Positions 46,975 through 60,155 of a stretch of DNA of 64,000 nucleotides are shown here, piece after piece. Under the pieces are notes generated by a model, which searched no databases, was not told where the DNA came from, and worked only from the letters and a program-made list of their open reading frames with translations. The DNA is from Rhynchopus sp. YZ270_cl-10 (lineage: Eukaryota): NCBI GenBank assembly GCA_964035575.1, contig OZ037836.1, positions 434,001 through 498,000 of the forward strand. The letters are read 5' to 3'. The position numbers and the translations under genes are program-made. How positions within the stretch are numbered: position 1 is the stretch's first letter; the number at the start of each line of letters is the position of its first letter.

Positions 46975-48031
46975 GGGAGCGTCCGCGAAAGACCCCCCCC
47001 TAAAGCTAACATCCGTGCTTATTGGTATTTCACTAATTAAAATTTTGGTATTTTATAAGATTTTTTTTTAAAATGAACTCAGAGTTAAGTTTCTGAGTTC
47101 ATTAAAAAAAAATCGGTGAAAAATTCCGAGTAGGTATTAATTTAGATAGGAAAAGCTATGTCAACAGCTATGTGTCCCCTTATTTTACCTGTAAATACTA
47201 AGGATATACAAGGAAATCCTCACAAACACCCATATAACCACCCACAGAACAACACAACAGGGGGAAATGGAATCAGCAGCCAAAGCATTCGCTCAGGAGC
47301 TGAAAACCCGGCCTTTCCGAGGCCTAAAAAACTTCGCCGAGCTGCAGGTGTATGCAGGGGTTCACTGGCAGGGGGACAAAGGGTGGGACGCGAGGAGCTG
47401 GATGCGCGAGGTGTGGAGCTCGAAGCATATGTCTCTCCATATGCAGAAGACAACCACCAGGAGAAAAGGGGTGTCCGCCGTTTACTACTCCTGTAGTTGC
47501 ATCACCGGCACCCCAGGAGGACAATGAGAGCGAGACGAAGGAGGAAGAGGAGGAACAGGCGGACAATTGTCTGTAACTCTTGGAGAGACTCATCACAGAG
47601 GTCAATAGGGTCACTCAAAAAAGGGGGGTTTCTGCGAGAAAGTCGGCGTCGCCGCAGACGACCCGGATCGTGAAGCTCTTTCGCGCTCTATTTAGAGTGT
47701 TCGGAGGGGGCGACAAGCCTCCACCCCCCTTTCCTCCCCCCCCCCCCCCCCTTTTTGGTAATGGGTTTAGAGACAGATATTAGTGAATTCCTTCCTATAT
47801 CCTTAGTATTTACAGGTAAAATATGGGGACACATAGCTGTTGACATAGCTTTTCCTATCTAAATTAATACCTACTCGGAATTTTTCACCGATTTTTTTTT
47901 TAATGAACTCAGAAACTTAACTCTGAGTTCATTTTAAAAAAAAATCTTATAAAATACCAAAATGTTAATTAGTGAAATACCAATAAGCATGGATGTTAGC
48001 TTTAGGGGGGGGGTCTTTCGCGGACGCTGCC
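46975..48031. mobile_element. Long-TIR (~240 bp) element with a 3-bp TSD, PIF/Harbinger-like
   Basis: 46975-47218 is the reverse complement of 47787-48031. Ends read TAT|GGGAGCGTCC ... GGACGCTGCC|TAT. Confidence 0.85.
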
Positions 48032-51000
48032 TATTATTTTTCTCTTCCCCCACCCCAGTGTCTTATCCAGGAATCCAGATTTCAAGGGGGTCAGCTTGTT
48101 TTGTTGCCCAATATTATTTCCAGCACTGCTGACCAGGGAAGACATTGAGAACATAGGGAACTGTATATAAAATGGCGCCGCAGGCGAAAAAAATTTAGGG
48201 CAGGGTGTAAAAATCTAGCTTTTTACATGACAGAGTCACTCAACGAACCCTTTTTTGCGGAGCAAAAAAGGAAAAATGGCGCCGCAGGCAAAAAAAATTT
48301 AGGGTACAGCCTGGGATTTCATGGTGCGGTCAGCAACCCAGTTTCCCAGGGAACTCCCGTGGTTCAACCACGTTTCTACCATTAACTCTTTTGACCCCCC
48401 CGGGCGCCCCCATTTCAAAAAGACACTGCCCCATATCTATACGAAAATTTTTTCACCTGCAAAAATAAAATTTTCCTATAAAATTTTCTTATAGAAAATC
48501 CCAAATCGCAAACCGGATTTAGAGGACAGCATGGGGAGGGTCGGTAAAAAAAAAAATAGCGAAGAACAAAGTGAAGTTATTAATGCAGGCACCTCCGACT
48601 GACCCACGTACGATGCCAGCCATCCGGATGAACAAAAACCATGAACAAAAACCATCGTTAGAAGAATAATAGAGAGGATGCATTATTTACTTGAATGTGT
48701 TATTTATGTTAGTGGCGACGGTGCGGAGAGTAACAATCAGTTTTGATGAAAATAGATAAAAAGAAGAAAGAGTGTTATTGTTCCGTTCTAATGTAAAGAA
48801 AAAGTTTAGAAAATCCATCTGAAATATTACCTGAAATTTTGGTGCTATCGGGAGGAGCTTTGCGGAATTTGAAACACCACCAAACTTCACAAAAAATTTC
48901 CGGAACAAATCAGGTGGCAGAGGGGACAACCTTTCTTTGTCCCTGTTATTTCATCAGGAATAAAATAAATTGAAAATATTATTTCCATATACTGTTCTAA
49001 TCTCTGAATAGAAGGTATAAATTAATAGGGACACAATGTACCCAAAAAGCTTTTGATTGAAAAGACGAACACATGCCTCGTGCATATGGCATCTAATAAC
49101 CGGGTATGGTGCTTTTCGGAAATCGGTCAGAGACCTGTCACGACCTGTCAAGCGACCTGTCAAATATCGACTCCCGTAGTACCAGGGTAGAGTGGGGATG
49201 GTGCAAACACGCTCTCTCTCTCTGCAGATGCAGAACGTAAAGCACCAAAGAAAAAAATATCAATAACGAAGGGATGAAAATAAAACTAATAAATACCGGA
49301 AGTATGGAAGGGGAGGGTTGCGGATGTGTAAGAGAGGGGTGTTTGAAAGTTTTGTTTTGTTTTGTTTTGTTTTTGCTTTTGCTACTTTATTTTGTCCTTT
49401 TTTGCTTATTTGTTTGTTTACTTTTGCAGCATGACTAGGGGTCGTTAAGACAGGGTACGTTACTTTTTGAGATGACGATTTATCATCGGATGTGTAAGAG
49501 AGGGTGTGTGCATTAGGAAATCCCATTATTATTTTCTTTGATTTAACCCTTTGGGGACTAGACACATATATCATCCAAAATCTGCCCAGCCGTATAGAAA
49601 AGCCCGATTTTGGTCTGGTTTTTAGGTTATCCATTTTTCGCTAAAAAAATTGTCCGACCCCGGAATTTTTTCAGATCGCTCCGGAAATTCATACAAGCGC
49701 ATTTTCGGGGGAAAAAAATACACCCTCGGTGTCGCAAACGCTTGCGGGCGTGCCCGCAAACATCCTGGAAATTATTAGCCCAATTTTTTTTTCGATTTTT
49801 ATTTATTTTGAAAGATCGGGTGTAAAAGCGTTCAATTCCGGGGTCGGACGATTTTTTTTACGCACCTGTGGTATTCTGAAGAAAAATCGTGAGGGGGGTG
49901 GTTTTCAGTAGGTTCCTTAAGGTTTCCCTTACCACACCCATTTCCTTAAGGATTTCCCGGGTTTTCCTTCTAATGACCAAGATGTTTCACCTTGACGCAA
50001 CTTCAAGGAAGTTTTCGATTTTTTTTTCTTTGGAACGAGGGTTCATCATATCATTCAAATAACGCCGGTTTCGTCTCGCGAAAATTTTTTGACTGTCACT
50101 AGTATTTTGTGTGGAACTCGGCCCGTTTTGCTAAGCAATTTGCCTTGTATTAGTACCTAAAGCCATGGTCTGGTTTTTAGGTAACTTTAACTCCACTAAA
50201 GTTTTCGATTTTTATTTTATTTTATTGGGCGGAGTCCGGAAATGCATACAAGCTAATTTTTTTGGGCGTTTGTTGACACTTTATTTCTTGAGTCACCGAT
50301 AAGAAAACGAGAAAAAACTGACACAGCCATTTCAGAAAATTTTTTTTTTTTATTTTTTTGAGATTTTTATTTCTTTTGAAAGCGCGGTTTCGAAACGTTC
50401 AATTCCGGTGTCGGACGATAAAAAATATGCATCTCACATTTCTGAGTGAAAAATATGAAAAAGTATACGGCTAGCGAGATTTTGGATGATATATATGTGT
50501 ATTTTAAAAATTTTTTTTACGACCCTTCCTAAAAGTACCCGGGAGACGATAATCAGGTCACTTCATGCTTCAATGGACTCAGGGGCGTTTCCCTCTTGAA
50601 AAATACATAAGAGTCGATAAAAAAAGATGCTCTCCTAATATCGCAGCGTGGTTTCTCAGAAAACCCCCTTTTTTGAAAAACGCGTTTTTTTGGCCTTTTT
50701 TTGAAAATTTCTTCAGATGAGTGCCCTAGACCCGCGGGTGGATGAAAAATCAAAATTTTTGGACATCACAAATATTTTGGCTCCAATGGACTTATTGGGG
50801 TTATATCGTCCCAAAAATAATGTTTTTTATTATTTTATGGGCACAGGGGCACCTTCTCCCTGCTCACCCCTCCGCAACCCCCCACAACACCCCAAAACCC
50901 AGATTTTAACTCTTTTCCCACAATTACACAATATTAACACCTTTTCACCCATTTTTTGACACTTTTTCGACACAAAATGACCTCTCCTCGTGTGAAAAAG

Positions 51001-52079
51001 GGTGAGCTGAAGGTCTAGTTGCTGGGAAAAGGGGTCAGGAAGGAGTCCCCCACCAATTTTGCGATTTTTACCCTATTTCTGGGTATACGGGCCCTATACC
51101 CACAGTGTAATAGCAGTTTTTCAAAAAATCATGAGAAAAGTTCGATTTCGGCCTCGAAAATACCCGTGACACCGATTTGTCACGGTACTTTGTCACGGAA
51201 TTTTTTTGAAAGATTCGATTTCGTGACAAAAAAAGTTCGATTTCGTGACAAGCCGATTTTTTCATTGACACACAAAATTCAATTTAGTGACAAATGACTT
51301 TTTTCATTGACAAAAAAAAATTCGATTTCGTGAGGGGTGGCATCAAAACAAAAAACGCGGACAATGTCCGCGTTTTTGGGGAATTTCAGACCCCCCCCCT
51401 CCCCCCCCAAAACGCGGACATTTTTGGTTTTTTTTTCCCCTATTTTTTGCTGGTTTTTGGGTGACGGGGTGCAAATTCGTGACCCAAAACACAGTTTTTT
51501 GGCATTTCCGGAATCCGTCCAGAAAGTGGTGGGGTCAATCTCGAAAATTGGACAATTTTTTGACCACTTAAATTTTTGAAAATATGAGCCCGGTCACTAA
51601 TACGTGGGGCCCATTTTCGGCCAAAAAATGCTGCTGAAAAAAATTTGCAGGTGAAAATTTTTCAGCCCCAAAACATGCCGCGATTGGCATTTCCGGGATC
51701 TGTCCGCGCTGTGGTGGGGTCAATTTGACGAAATGGCCAAGTTCTTGGTTTTGGTCAAAATGAGTGTAAGGTAAAGGGGCCAAGCCCCACTGAACAAGGT
51801 AAATCCCACAACCCAGATTTTCTCTCTCTGATGCTGAAACCATGAAAATGTGCAAAAACACCGGCATTTGCATTTCCGGAATCCGTCCGTTCTGTGGTGG
51901 GGTCAATTTGCCAAAATGGACAAGTTCTTGATTTTGGTCAAAACCCGTCAGTGTAAGGTAAAGGGGTCCAAGTGTTTGCCTGTAGAAGCACATGGTAGCA
52001 GGGGTTTAAGGGCCCCCCATTCGTGTACATTTTGCAAAAAAAACGCGGGCATCTTGTATTTTTTATTTTGCCCGAAAAC

Positions 52080-52835
52080 CAGGGCGTTCGCTATCGCCAT
52101 CGTTTTTTCCTGATCGTGGCGAAATGCCAAAAACCCTTAAATTTTTGCTTTTTTACTAGTGCTTAAAATAGCCGGTCAAAAATTTTTTTCCGCCGGAGAG
52201 AAGCTAGTTCGTGGGGGGTGAATCCCTGGTACTGAGTGGTCAGAAAAAATTTGCGATTTGCGCGTGTTCCCTTCCCCAGCACAAGTGCTATTACAGCTGA
52301 ACTTTCCTGATACTAAAACCAGCAAAACGATGGAGAATTTCATCAATCCCCCCTCACTGAGGGTCTCTTTGTGTTGTTTAATCAAACAGATGTACAAGAG
52401 AGAGGCATCTGTCATATGAGACTTCATCCTTAGTTTGCTTATTTTCAATAAACTAAAACGTCTCTCTGCCGTTGAAGGTACAGTTGACACGACTAGTGAC
52501 ACCTTCTATAACAGGGGGTACGGGGCACCTTCAGCAGACTGCAGGATTGAGGAGCGAGCGGGAGTGCTGGGGAAACTTCCTCTCACGGCAGGCGGGTTTG
52601 CGGAACAGTGGACACCCCCTCTGCGACCCCCCCTCCGGGGGGGTCGACAGGGTGGTGGGGAGAAATCTCTCTCTCTTTTTTTTTTTTACCCCCCTTTTTT
52701 ATTTATTTATTTATTTATTTATACAGGGTTTCGCCCCGGTGGGGCGAAGCCCTGGGGCGAAATAAAATGTCATTTTTTCAGGAAAAGATTTTTTTAACGA
52801 AAAAAAATATTTTTCGCCCCGGGGCGAACGCCCTG
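52080..52835 (-). mobile_element. hAT deletion derivative with a transposase dimerization-domain remnant
   Basis: TIRs CAGGGCGTTCGC / GCGAACGCCCTG; 8-bp TSD CCGAAAAC. The minus strand encodes VSTVPSTAERRFSLLKISKLRMKSHM. Confidence 0.88.
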
Positions 52836-53048
52836 CCGAAAACACCGGCATTTGCATTTCCTGAATCCGCCGGTTCTGTGGTGGGGTCAATTTGCCGAAA
52901 TGGACGAGTTTTTATAAATTTTGGTCAAAATCGTGTACAACCCCAGTGAAGAAAAAAATTTTCGAGGAAAAAAAACCCCCAAAATGTCCGCGTTTTCTGG
53001 AATTTCAGACCCCCCCCCCTTAGGGGAGGGTCACTGCACGTTAAATCT

Positions 53049-54200
53049 CTCGATAAATGCGATTTTTCCGATTTTGATCCTCAGAACCGCAGAAGTCCCC
53101 GAAAACTATACCAAACCACCTAGGGGACCCAAAAAACGCACCAGCGCCCCAGTTTTGACACAGAAACACTCAGATGATGCCTGAAATGCAATTTTAAAAG
53201 AGTGCCTACAGAACTTGTACCTGCCCACCCCTGTAGATAGAGCAACTCACACATCCATCACGCCTCAGTGTGTGCCAGGGGCCAGAAAAGCCCCCAAAGC
53301 CACATATTTTCACCCCAGAACCTATCCCGAGGGGTACCCAGGCTGTTTCGGGGTGTTTAGAGGGACTTGGTGGAACTTAGAACCATGTTTCAAAAAGGGT
53401 ACAAGTACTGTGCCAAGGGTTTGCCCTCTCAAGGGACCAAGTACTTGTACCCTTTTTGAAACATGGTTCTAAGTTCCACCAAGTCCCTCTAAACACCCCG
53501 AAACAGGCTGGGTACCCCTCGGGATAGGTTCTGGGGTGAAAATATGTGGCTTTGGGGGCTTTTCTGGCCCCTGGCTCACACTGAGGCGTGATGGATGTGT
53601 GAGTTGCTCTATCTACAGGGGGGGTGGGCAGGTACAAGTTGGTGGTCACTTTTAAAAAACGCAAAAAAGTCGCTCAGAAGTGGTCAAAAGTGCCCAAAAC
53701 CGGGCGGAATTCGATTTTTGGGGTCCAAATGGGCCTATGGTGTGGTTTTTTTTGACCTCAGGGGGTATTTTTTGATTTATTGCCTACTTCACGCTTTTTG
53801 ACGGCTTCAGATACCTTAGGGTGGGAAAACCCTTGGCACAGTACTTGTACCCTTTTTGAAACATGGTTCTAAGTTCCACCAAGTCCCTCTAAACACCCCG
53901 AAACAGCCTGGGTACCCCTCGGGATAGGTTCTGGGGTGAAAATATGTGGCTTTGGGGGCTTTTCTGGCCCCTGGCCCACACTGAGGCGTGATGAATGTGT
54001 GATTTGCTCTATCTACAGGGGTGGGCAGGTACAAGTTCTGTAGGCATTTTTTAAAAATTGCATTTCAGGCATCATCTGAGTGTTTCTGTGTCAAAACTGG
54101 GGCGCTGGTGCGTTTTTTGGGTCCCCTAGGTGGTTTGGTATAGTTTTCGGGGACTTCTGCGGTTCTGAGGATCAAAATCGGAAAAATCGCATTTATCGAG
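53049..54200. repeat. Foldback structure: ~370-bp inverted arms plus an extra internal inverted arm
   Basis: 53049-53421 is the reverse complement of 53828-54200; 53440-53640 is a further inverted copy of 53212-53408. Confidence 0.92.
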
Positions 54201-57200
54201 TACAGTGACCCTCCCCTACCCCCCCCCCCTCCCCCCCCAAAAACGCGGACATTGTCCGCGTTTTTTGTTTTGATGCCACCCCTGACAAATCCATTTTTTC
54301 ATTGAAAAAAATGTCATTGAAAAAAATGGATTTTGTCAAGGAAAAAGTCGTGACAGCCAACCCGCCAGTCACTGAAAAGTGACCAGACAGCCACTTGACA
54401 AACACAAAAGAGGCCATTCTTGAGCTGTCTAGAAACCTAAGGGCAGAGACTGAAGACACAAGGTATGATAACTTTATGATTATGCAAGACTTAGTATATC
54501 GCGAACACGGTCAGGCTTGCACGCCTCTGGCCAGAGGCCAGCCCCACTAAATGATATGCAGCAGACACTCATTGCAGATTTCATTTTCATTCGGTAAAAA
54601 ATTAATGGGTGCGCAAGTTTCTATACCTAATACCCCAACCCTCACCCATACATTCCATTACACACACCAAAACAGATCGAATCCACCAGCGCATGCGACG
54701 GAAGCAGATTCAGATTGTGGTTTGATAAGCAGAGTTCGGTTATTATGGTGGTGGAAAGGGGGGTGGGAACACTTTGTCAGTCACTGCTATAGCCATTAAC
54801 CAGGGAGCATAGCTAGTGCAAGAAATTCGACTTTGGAAACCTTCCGGAAAGTCTGTCCTCTGCTTCCGGAGGACTAGACACAAGAAAATATTGTTTGTTC
54901 CCCCAGAAAACCAGTGCACAATTCACACTCCTTGTGGGTGGTCTTGTTGCCTTTTCGTCATAGTAATTTTGGCCCAGGCATGCTCTCGAAGCATGACAAT
55001 TTAGTGTGTATGGGGCAGGGTGTTGTTTTGTTCTGAATTCTCTTTGTTATAACATCTAAGTCAATCGCGGGTGGTGGTTTGTGTAGCGTGAGGCACTCTT
55101 TTTAGCAAACTTCCTGCGGCTGCTAAAGTGTTATTTCTTCGGATTTAACAACGTACAGCGTAACATAGTGGTTTAGCCTGGTCGACACAACCTTTGATAG
55201 ATACGGGATAACCAACCCCCTTCGACCCCTTGTGGGTTCACTGAACAAGCCCTAGTGGTAGTTAAACGCGATTGACATTTACATTTCCTAGAGATGAAAG
55301 AACAAGATAACACTTCTGTACCCGCGCATCAAAATTGTGGAAAACTTTGCACCCCAAACACCCTCAACAACGCCCGCCAAAAGGCGCCCCTTGTTGCTGG
55401 GAGTTGGTTCTCATGTTTGATACACTGCACAGCAGGCATTCCTCTGAGTCCAACGCATGTTTGGCCTGTCTGCGGCGTTGTACTTAAGGTGCACGAAGAC
55501 AGGGTCTGGTGGTAAATTTTGCGTAGTACTGCGACGTGGTACTACGTGGGTCTGGGAACCTGGTACCTGGGTACAGGATATTTGTTGTAAAGACATCTTC
55601 CACCATGCATTGAGGAGGGTAAGACAGTGTTCGCAGTTTCTACCTGATAGCATTACAACATTTAACTTCTCCACGGGGGTCTTGGGCCGTTCATTCGGTT
55701 ATACCTTGACTACCGGAAGATATTCTTGAGGCCTTTTTGGTCTCTAGAATATCCGGTCTTCCCGAACGGAGGCACACTTTGTGTGTTACTACGACCTGGC
55801 AATTTCCAGCAGTAGGTTAAGTAATCTTTCTTGTAAATTGTTGGATCATTATCTCCTCAGTGCATGCATGCCCCACGTGACTGGACACTTTTGTGTTTGT
55901 CATGTGGAGCTGTGGTTGCTCTTTCACGACTTTTATCCTTGTATCCAGTGTACCCAGTACCCAGTGCCCTGTCACGACTTTTTCCGTGACAAAAAGTTTG
56001 GTTTCCTTGACAAAATCCATTTCTGTCACGACTTTTTCCGTGACAAAAAGTTCGGTTTCCTTGACAAAATCCATTTTTTCATTGACATTTTTTTGTCACT
56101 GAATTTTTGGATTTGTCACGAAATCGAATTTTTTTTTGTCAATGAAAAAATCGGTTTGTCACGAAATCGAATTTTGTGTGTCAATGAAAAAATTGGTTTG
56201 TCACGAAATCGATTTTTTTTTGTCACGAAATCGAATCTTTCAAAAAAATTCCGTGACAAAATTCCGTGACAAATCGGTGTCACGGTAATTTTCGAGGCCG
56301 AAATCGAACTTTTCTCTTGTTTATCATTTTCTCACATACATTTTGACCCTCTGAGCCCAAATGAGCCCATTGCACCCAAAATTTTACACTTTCTCGATGT
56401 TTATCCCAACTTAGGTCACTTTTTGCATAAAAAACCAAAAAAAAAAATTTTTAACTTTTTGGCTCGGTCCCCAAAGGGTTAAATTGGTTGGATTAGGATT
56501 TTTTTGAAGTGTGTTGCCGCACACAGTTTAGATCATGTTTTAAGTAAATCTTTTGAGGGCAGTGCAACACTTATTTTTGTGTGCGTTTTTCGCTCCTCTC
56601 CATTTTGTCTTTATTGTTTGCGGGGGGTGTGAGGAAAAAAAAACAAAAAAGGAAAAGTAGGAGTGCGGTTTCAATTTGGTAAGCGTCCCGCCACATCTCA
56701 AAAAAAAAAGAAAATAAAAAGAGTGCGTACGTATGACCGAACAAATATGACTAAAAGGGAATATAGGTCGAGATGATCCAGCGCACTTTTTCTCATCTTT
56801 TTCCTCACTTTTTCACTTCTATTCTGATAATTCACACACTTTTTTATCGTTTTTTTCACGTGAAAAAAGTGAGACGAAGTGAGCGCTGGATCACCTCAAT
56901 AAATAGGTGAAGGGAAAAAAAAAACAGATGTTCGCAAAGTTCGCAAAAAATCGCAAAAATTCAAAAAAAAAAAAAAAACTAGTTTGACTTGAAATATGAT
57001 AGCCCGCTCGTGACAGTGTACCTTGGTACATGACAAGTTGTGCCGCCTTTATCACTGTGCATCAATCACTTTACACTAAACGGGTAAAGATCTGTACGTA
57101 ATGCCATTTCTTCGTCCTTAGGGACGTCTTTCATGCTGAGACACCCTTGGTAGTACTTACCCTTTAGAATGGTTGGTTTGTAGGTTACGGTTCTGAGACC

Positions 57201-59588
57201 GTCCTTGTTTAGTGATCCTAAGAAGAAAAGGGGGAGGGGGTCAAAAAAAAAAACACGCAGATAATTTTTTTTCTTTTTGCAAATTTATTGGTAGCTGGGT
57301 AGTGTCCTTCTCGCGTTGCCATTGGTGTGCAATCATCCACTGTTCCAACCTATGGTGTTGAATTGATGAATCCTGCACACACAAAAAATAATTTAAATAA
57401 AAGTCGCAAGATGACCCTAGTCTTACCGTACACGAGTCATCTAGAAAGGGAGATGTAAACAAAAAAAAAAACGGGAGAAGATAAAAAAAAATGAAATAAC
57501 CCCGCAAATTATTTTTAAAGACAATGGCGCTGTGGTTGCGAGGAAATATTCCATTCTGGGGGCGGGTTGGAGCAGAGCCACACTTCACCGACAGGTCATG
57601 GTTGTGTGCGTTTCACCGACAACCCTCTCTCCCTTTTTGTCTTTAGGGTAGTTTGATTTTTTTTTTGTTTCTTGTCACAGGCCCTCAAAAAATCTGTACG
57701 TACGTACGGGAAATCTTAACGTACACTCTCTGTTGATTCTAAAACGGGGGAGGGTAAAAAAGCGCGAAAGGTAAATTGGGGAAGAGGTTGAAAAGTTGGA
57801 ACGCTTCCTCACCCCAGATCACACTACAATACAAAGGTTTGGGTTTGAATAGGGTGGGTTCTTCTGACGATGAAACCTACTCCTTTCTAAACTTCTTCTT
57901 CTTTCCTCTTTTTTTTTTTTTTTTTTTTTTTGAATAAATAAATAAAACTCCTCTCGAATTTGTTCAAGATTGAACTGAGAGAAAGAAGAAACCCCAAACC
58001 CTCCCAGACCAAACGGTCTAACCTGTTGTATTGACATAGTGTGGGGGAGAAGTGAGGAGCACAAGAATCGTCTTCGCGCATACTAAAAGATTTCCTACGA
58101 TATGTCACAAGTGTCATGTCACCGAAAAAAAAAAATAGTTGCAGAAAAAAAAATAGCTGGGGAAAAGAGAAAAAACACCAATATACCAGGCTTTGTGCTA
58201 AGGTCGGTCCTTTGTCCCGGGATTTTTGGATATTTTTGTGCCAGGCTTCGCGCTAACTTTGGAAAAAAATCTGAAAAATCGTTTCGGGACCAAAAATGAC
58301 ACACCTCAAACAGTTGTGCGTCAGGGGGTGAAAAAACAGTGTTTGTGTCATTTCCGAGCCAATCCTGGGCTGTGGTGGGGGATATACAGAAAAATGGACA
58401 AATTTTTAGTGACTTAAATTTTCACAAAATATGAACCCATACCGTAAACAAGGGTCATGTTCAGTCTGAAAACCCAACTTCAGATGAAATTGTGGAGTTT
58501 TTGACTGGGAAGGTAGTGCCGCAGGCGCACGGTACCCAACTTTTTTCTTTTTTCTTTTTTCTTTTTCCCTTTTCTCTGTTTTTTTTTGATTGCACGAGCC
58601 GATTGCTCTCCACGGTGGGGTCACATGTGTGTGCAAAACACTCTAACTCTGAAATATGAGATTCTCTGGTTTAGTAAGGAAACTCCATCAGTTGTTCCTT
58701 TTCCTCGGCTGTAGACGTATTTGGTGGAGAAGTGAGTGAGAAGAGTTGCTCGAGAAATCCTTTCAGCTCGCCAAGTTCGCATACGCATTCACTTACCTGG
58801 CTGTAGCGAAGCGCTCTTCCAGCTTCCTCAGTGGGGGCTTGACGCAATCATCTACCAATGCCCTCACTCGATCATACTTTTCTGACAATGCGCGCACGTC
58901 GGAGACATCCGCAGCGGTGGGGTGGTGGGGAAATAGAACAACTTCCAGGCCAAAACAAGCAATTATTTTTTTTTCCAAAATATTTTTTTTTTTCCAAAAT
59001 CTGAAAAATCTGTACGTACGAGGACAAGAAACAAAAAATAAAATCAAACTACCCTTATTGTTTTTATTGTTTGCGGGAAGGTGGGGCAAAACACGAAAAG
59101 GAAAAGTAGGAGTGCGGTCTCATTATTTTTGCTTCATTATTGTTTTTTGCTCCGATACTGCACCCTCCTCGAACAAAAAAATGCTGATTTGACATTTTTA
59201 TTATAATTTTTTACGAGCAGGAGGGGAGGGGGCAGTTTCGACGGGACTCTGGGACACAAAAAAAATGGAAATTACCAGAAAAAGACTAACTTCATAGGTA
59301 TTCTTTCCGTTCGAAGAACAGAAAACACAAAAGACAAAAAGAAAATATTATAAGATGACCCTAAGCCTCTCGTGCTTTTTTTGTCACCTTGTAGAAAAAA
59401 AAAGCAAAAAAAATTACAAGATGAATGTGCCTCTCTTTGGAGATGTGCACACCTCTCTTCTATTGCTGTCCCCACTGTGAAAAGTGTATCTGGGACACAG
59501 AAAAAAATAAAATATATCCGTTTCGCTTGATCAGATCTCGACCGTTTGTTCCACTCCACAACACATTGCACGCTTCCACCTGCCGACA

Positions 59589-59629
<41 letters not shown>

Positions 59630-60091
59630 GAAAAATTGATTGTTTCCAACACACGCGGACTGTGTCAGTGTGTGATGGTGTATGATTATTGCCTGAAGTA
59701 CAGAAAATGGGAGTGTCGGTGGCGGAGCACAAAAGAGGTAAAATGAAAAACATATCGGGTGGGGTCTCTGATCTAATCTGTGCGACGAATATATTTCCCC
59801 TAACACGCCATGTTTGGCCAGGGCCTCTCCAGCGCGTCAGTTGCAAAAAAATGAAAAAACAAAAAGCAGAACAAAAGAAAAGAAGAAAAAAATAGCAGTA
59901 CCTTTATCTGAATGTCATATCTCTTTATATCTCTTCCCTGGCCAGCCGGAAAAATAACAAGTAGTTTTTTCTTACGGCAATACTACTTCTGGACGGTGCT
60001 AATATAGCTGGCCTTATGTCGGGCTTGCCTGGTTGGGGTTTCACCTCAAGCCAGCTATACCTTTACTGTCCCCCCCCCACTGTGGAAATAC

Positions 60092-60155
60092 TTAGTGCTC
60101 ATGAGGGGAGTAATCTCACAATGCCCTTGAGGCAGTTTGACTTCGTGCGCTTCGA
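60092..60155 (-). pseudogene. Decayed 3' tip of the cyclase-like receptor gene family
   Basis: Similar to the last codons of 37786-40689 and adjoins the same CCCCACTGTGGAAATACTTAGTG 3' flank. Confidence 0.65.

Larger units (their letters stand above)
51334..54282. mobile_element. PIF/Harbinger-like non-autonomous element, TSD TGA
   Basis: ~48-bp TIRs GGGGTGGCATCAAAACAAAAAACGCGGACAATGTCCGCG. The empty site TTCGTGACAAATCC is preserved in the host element's opposite TIR (~56109-56122). Confidence 0.85.
51133..56316. mobile_element. Long-TIR element with GTGACAAA subrepeats (MULE/foldback-like)
   Basis: GAGAAAAGTTCGATTTCGGCCTCGAAAAT... at 51133 and its reverse complement ending at 56316. No TSD recognised. 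Confidence 0.7.
49547..56478. mobile_element. piggyBac-like element (outer shell of a nested cluster)
   Basis: TTAA|CCCTTTGGGGAC ... GTCCCCAAAGGG|TTAA. Confidence 0.7.

Noticed and set aside
53215..54034. Three similar short ORFs (YLPTPVDRA...)
   Set aside because: Products of the inverted-repeat arms; no coding evidence.
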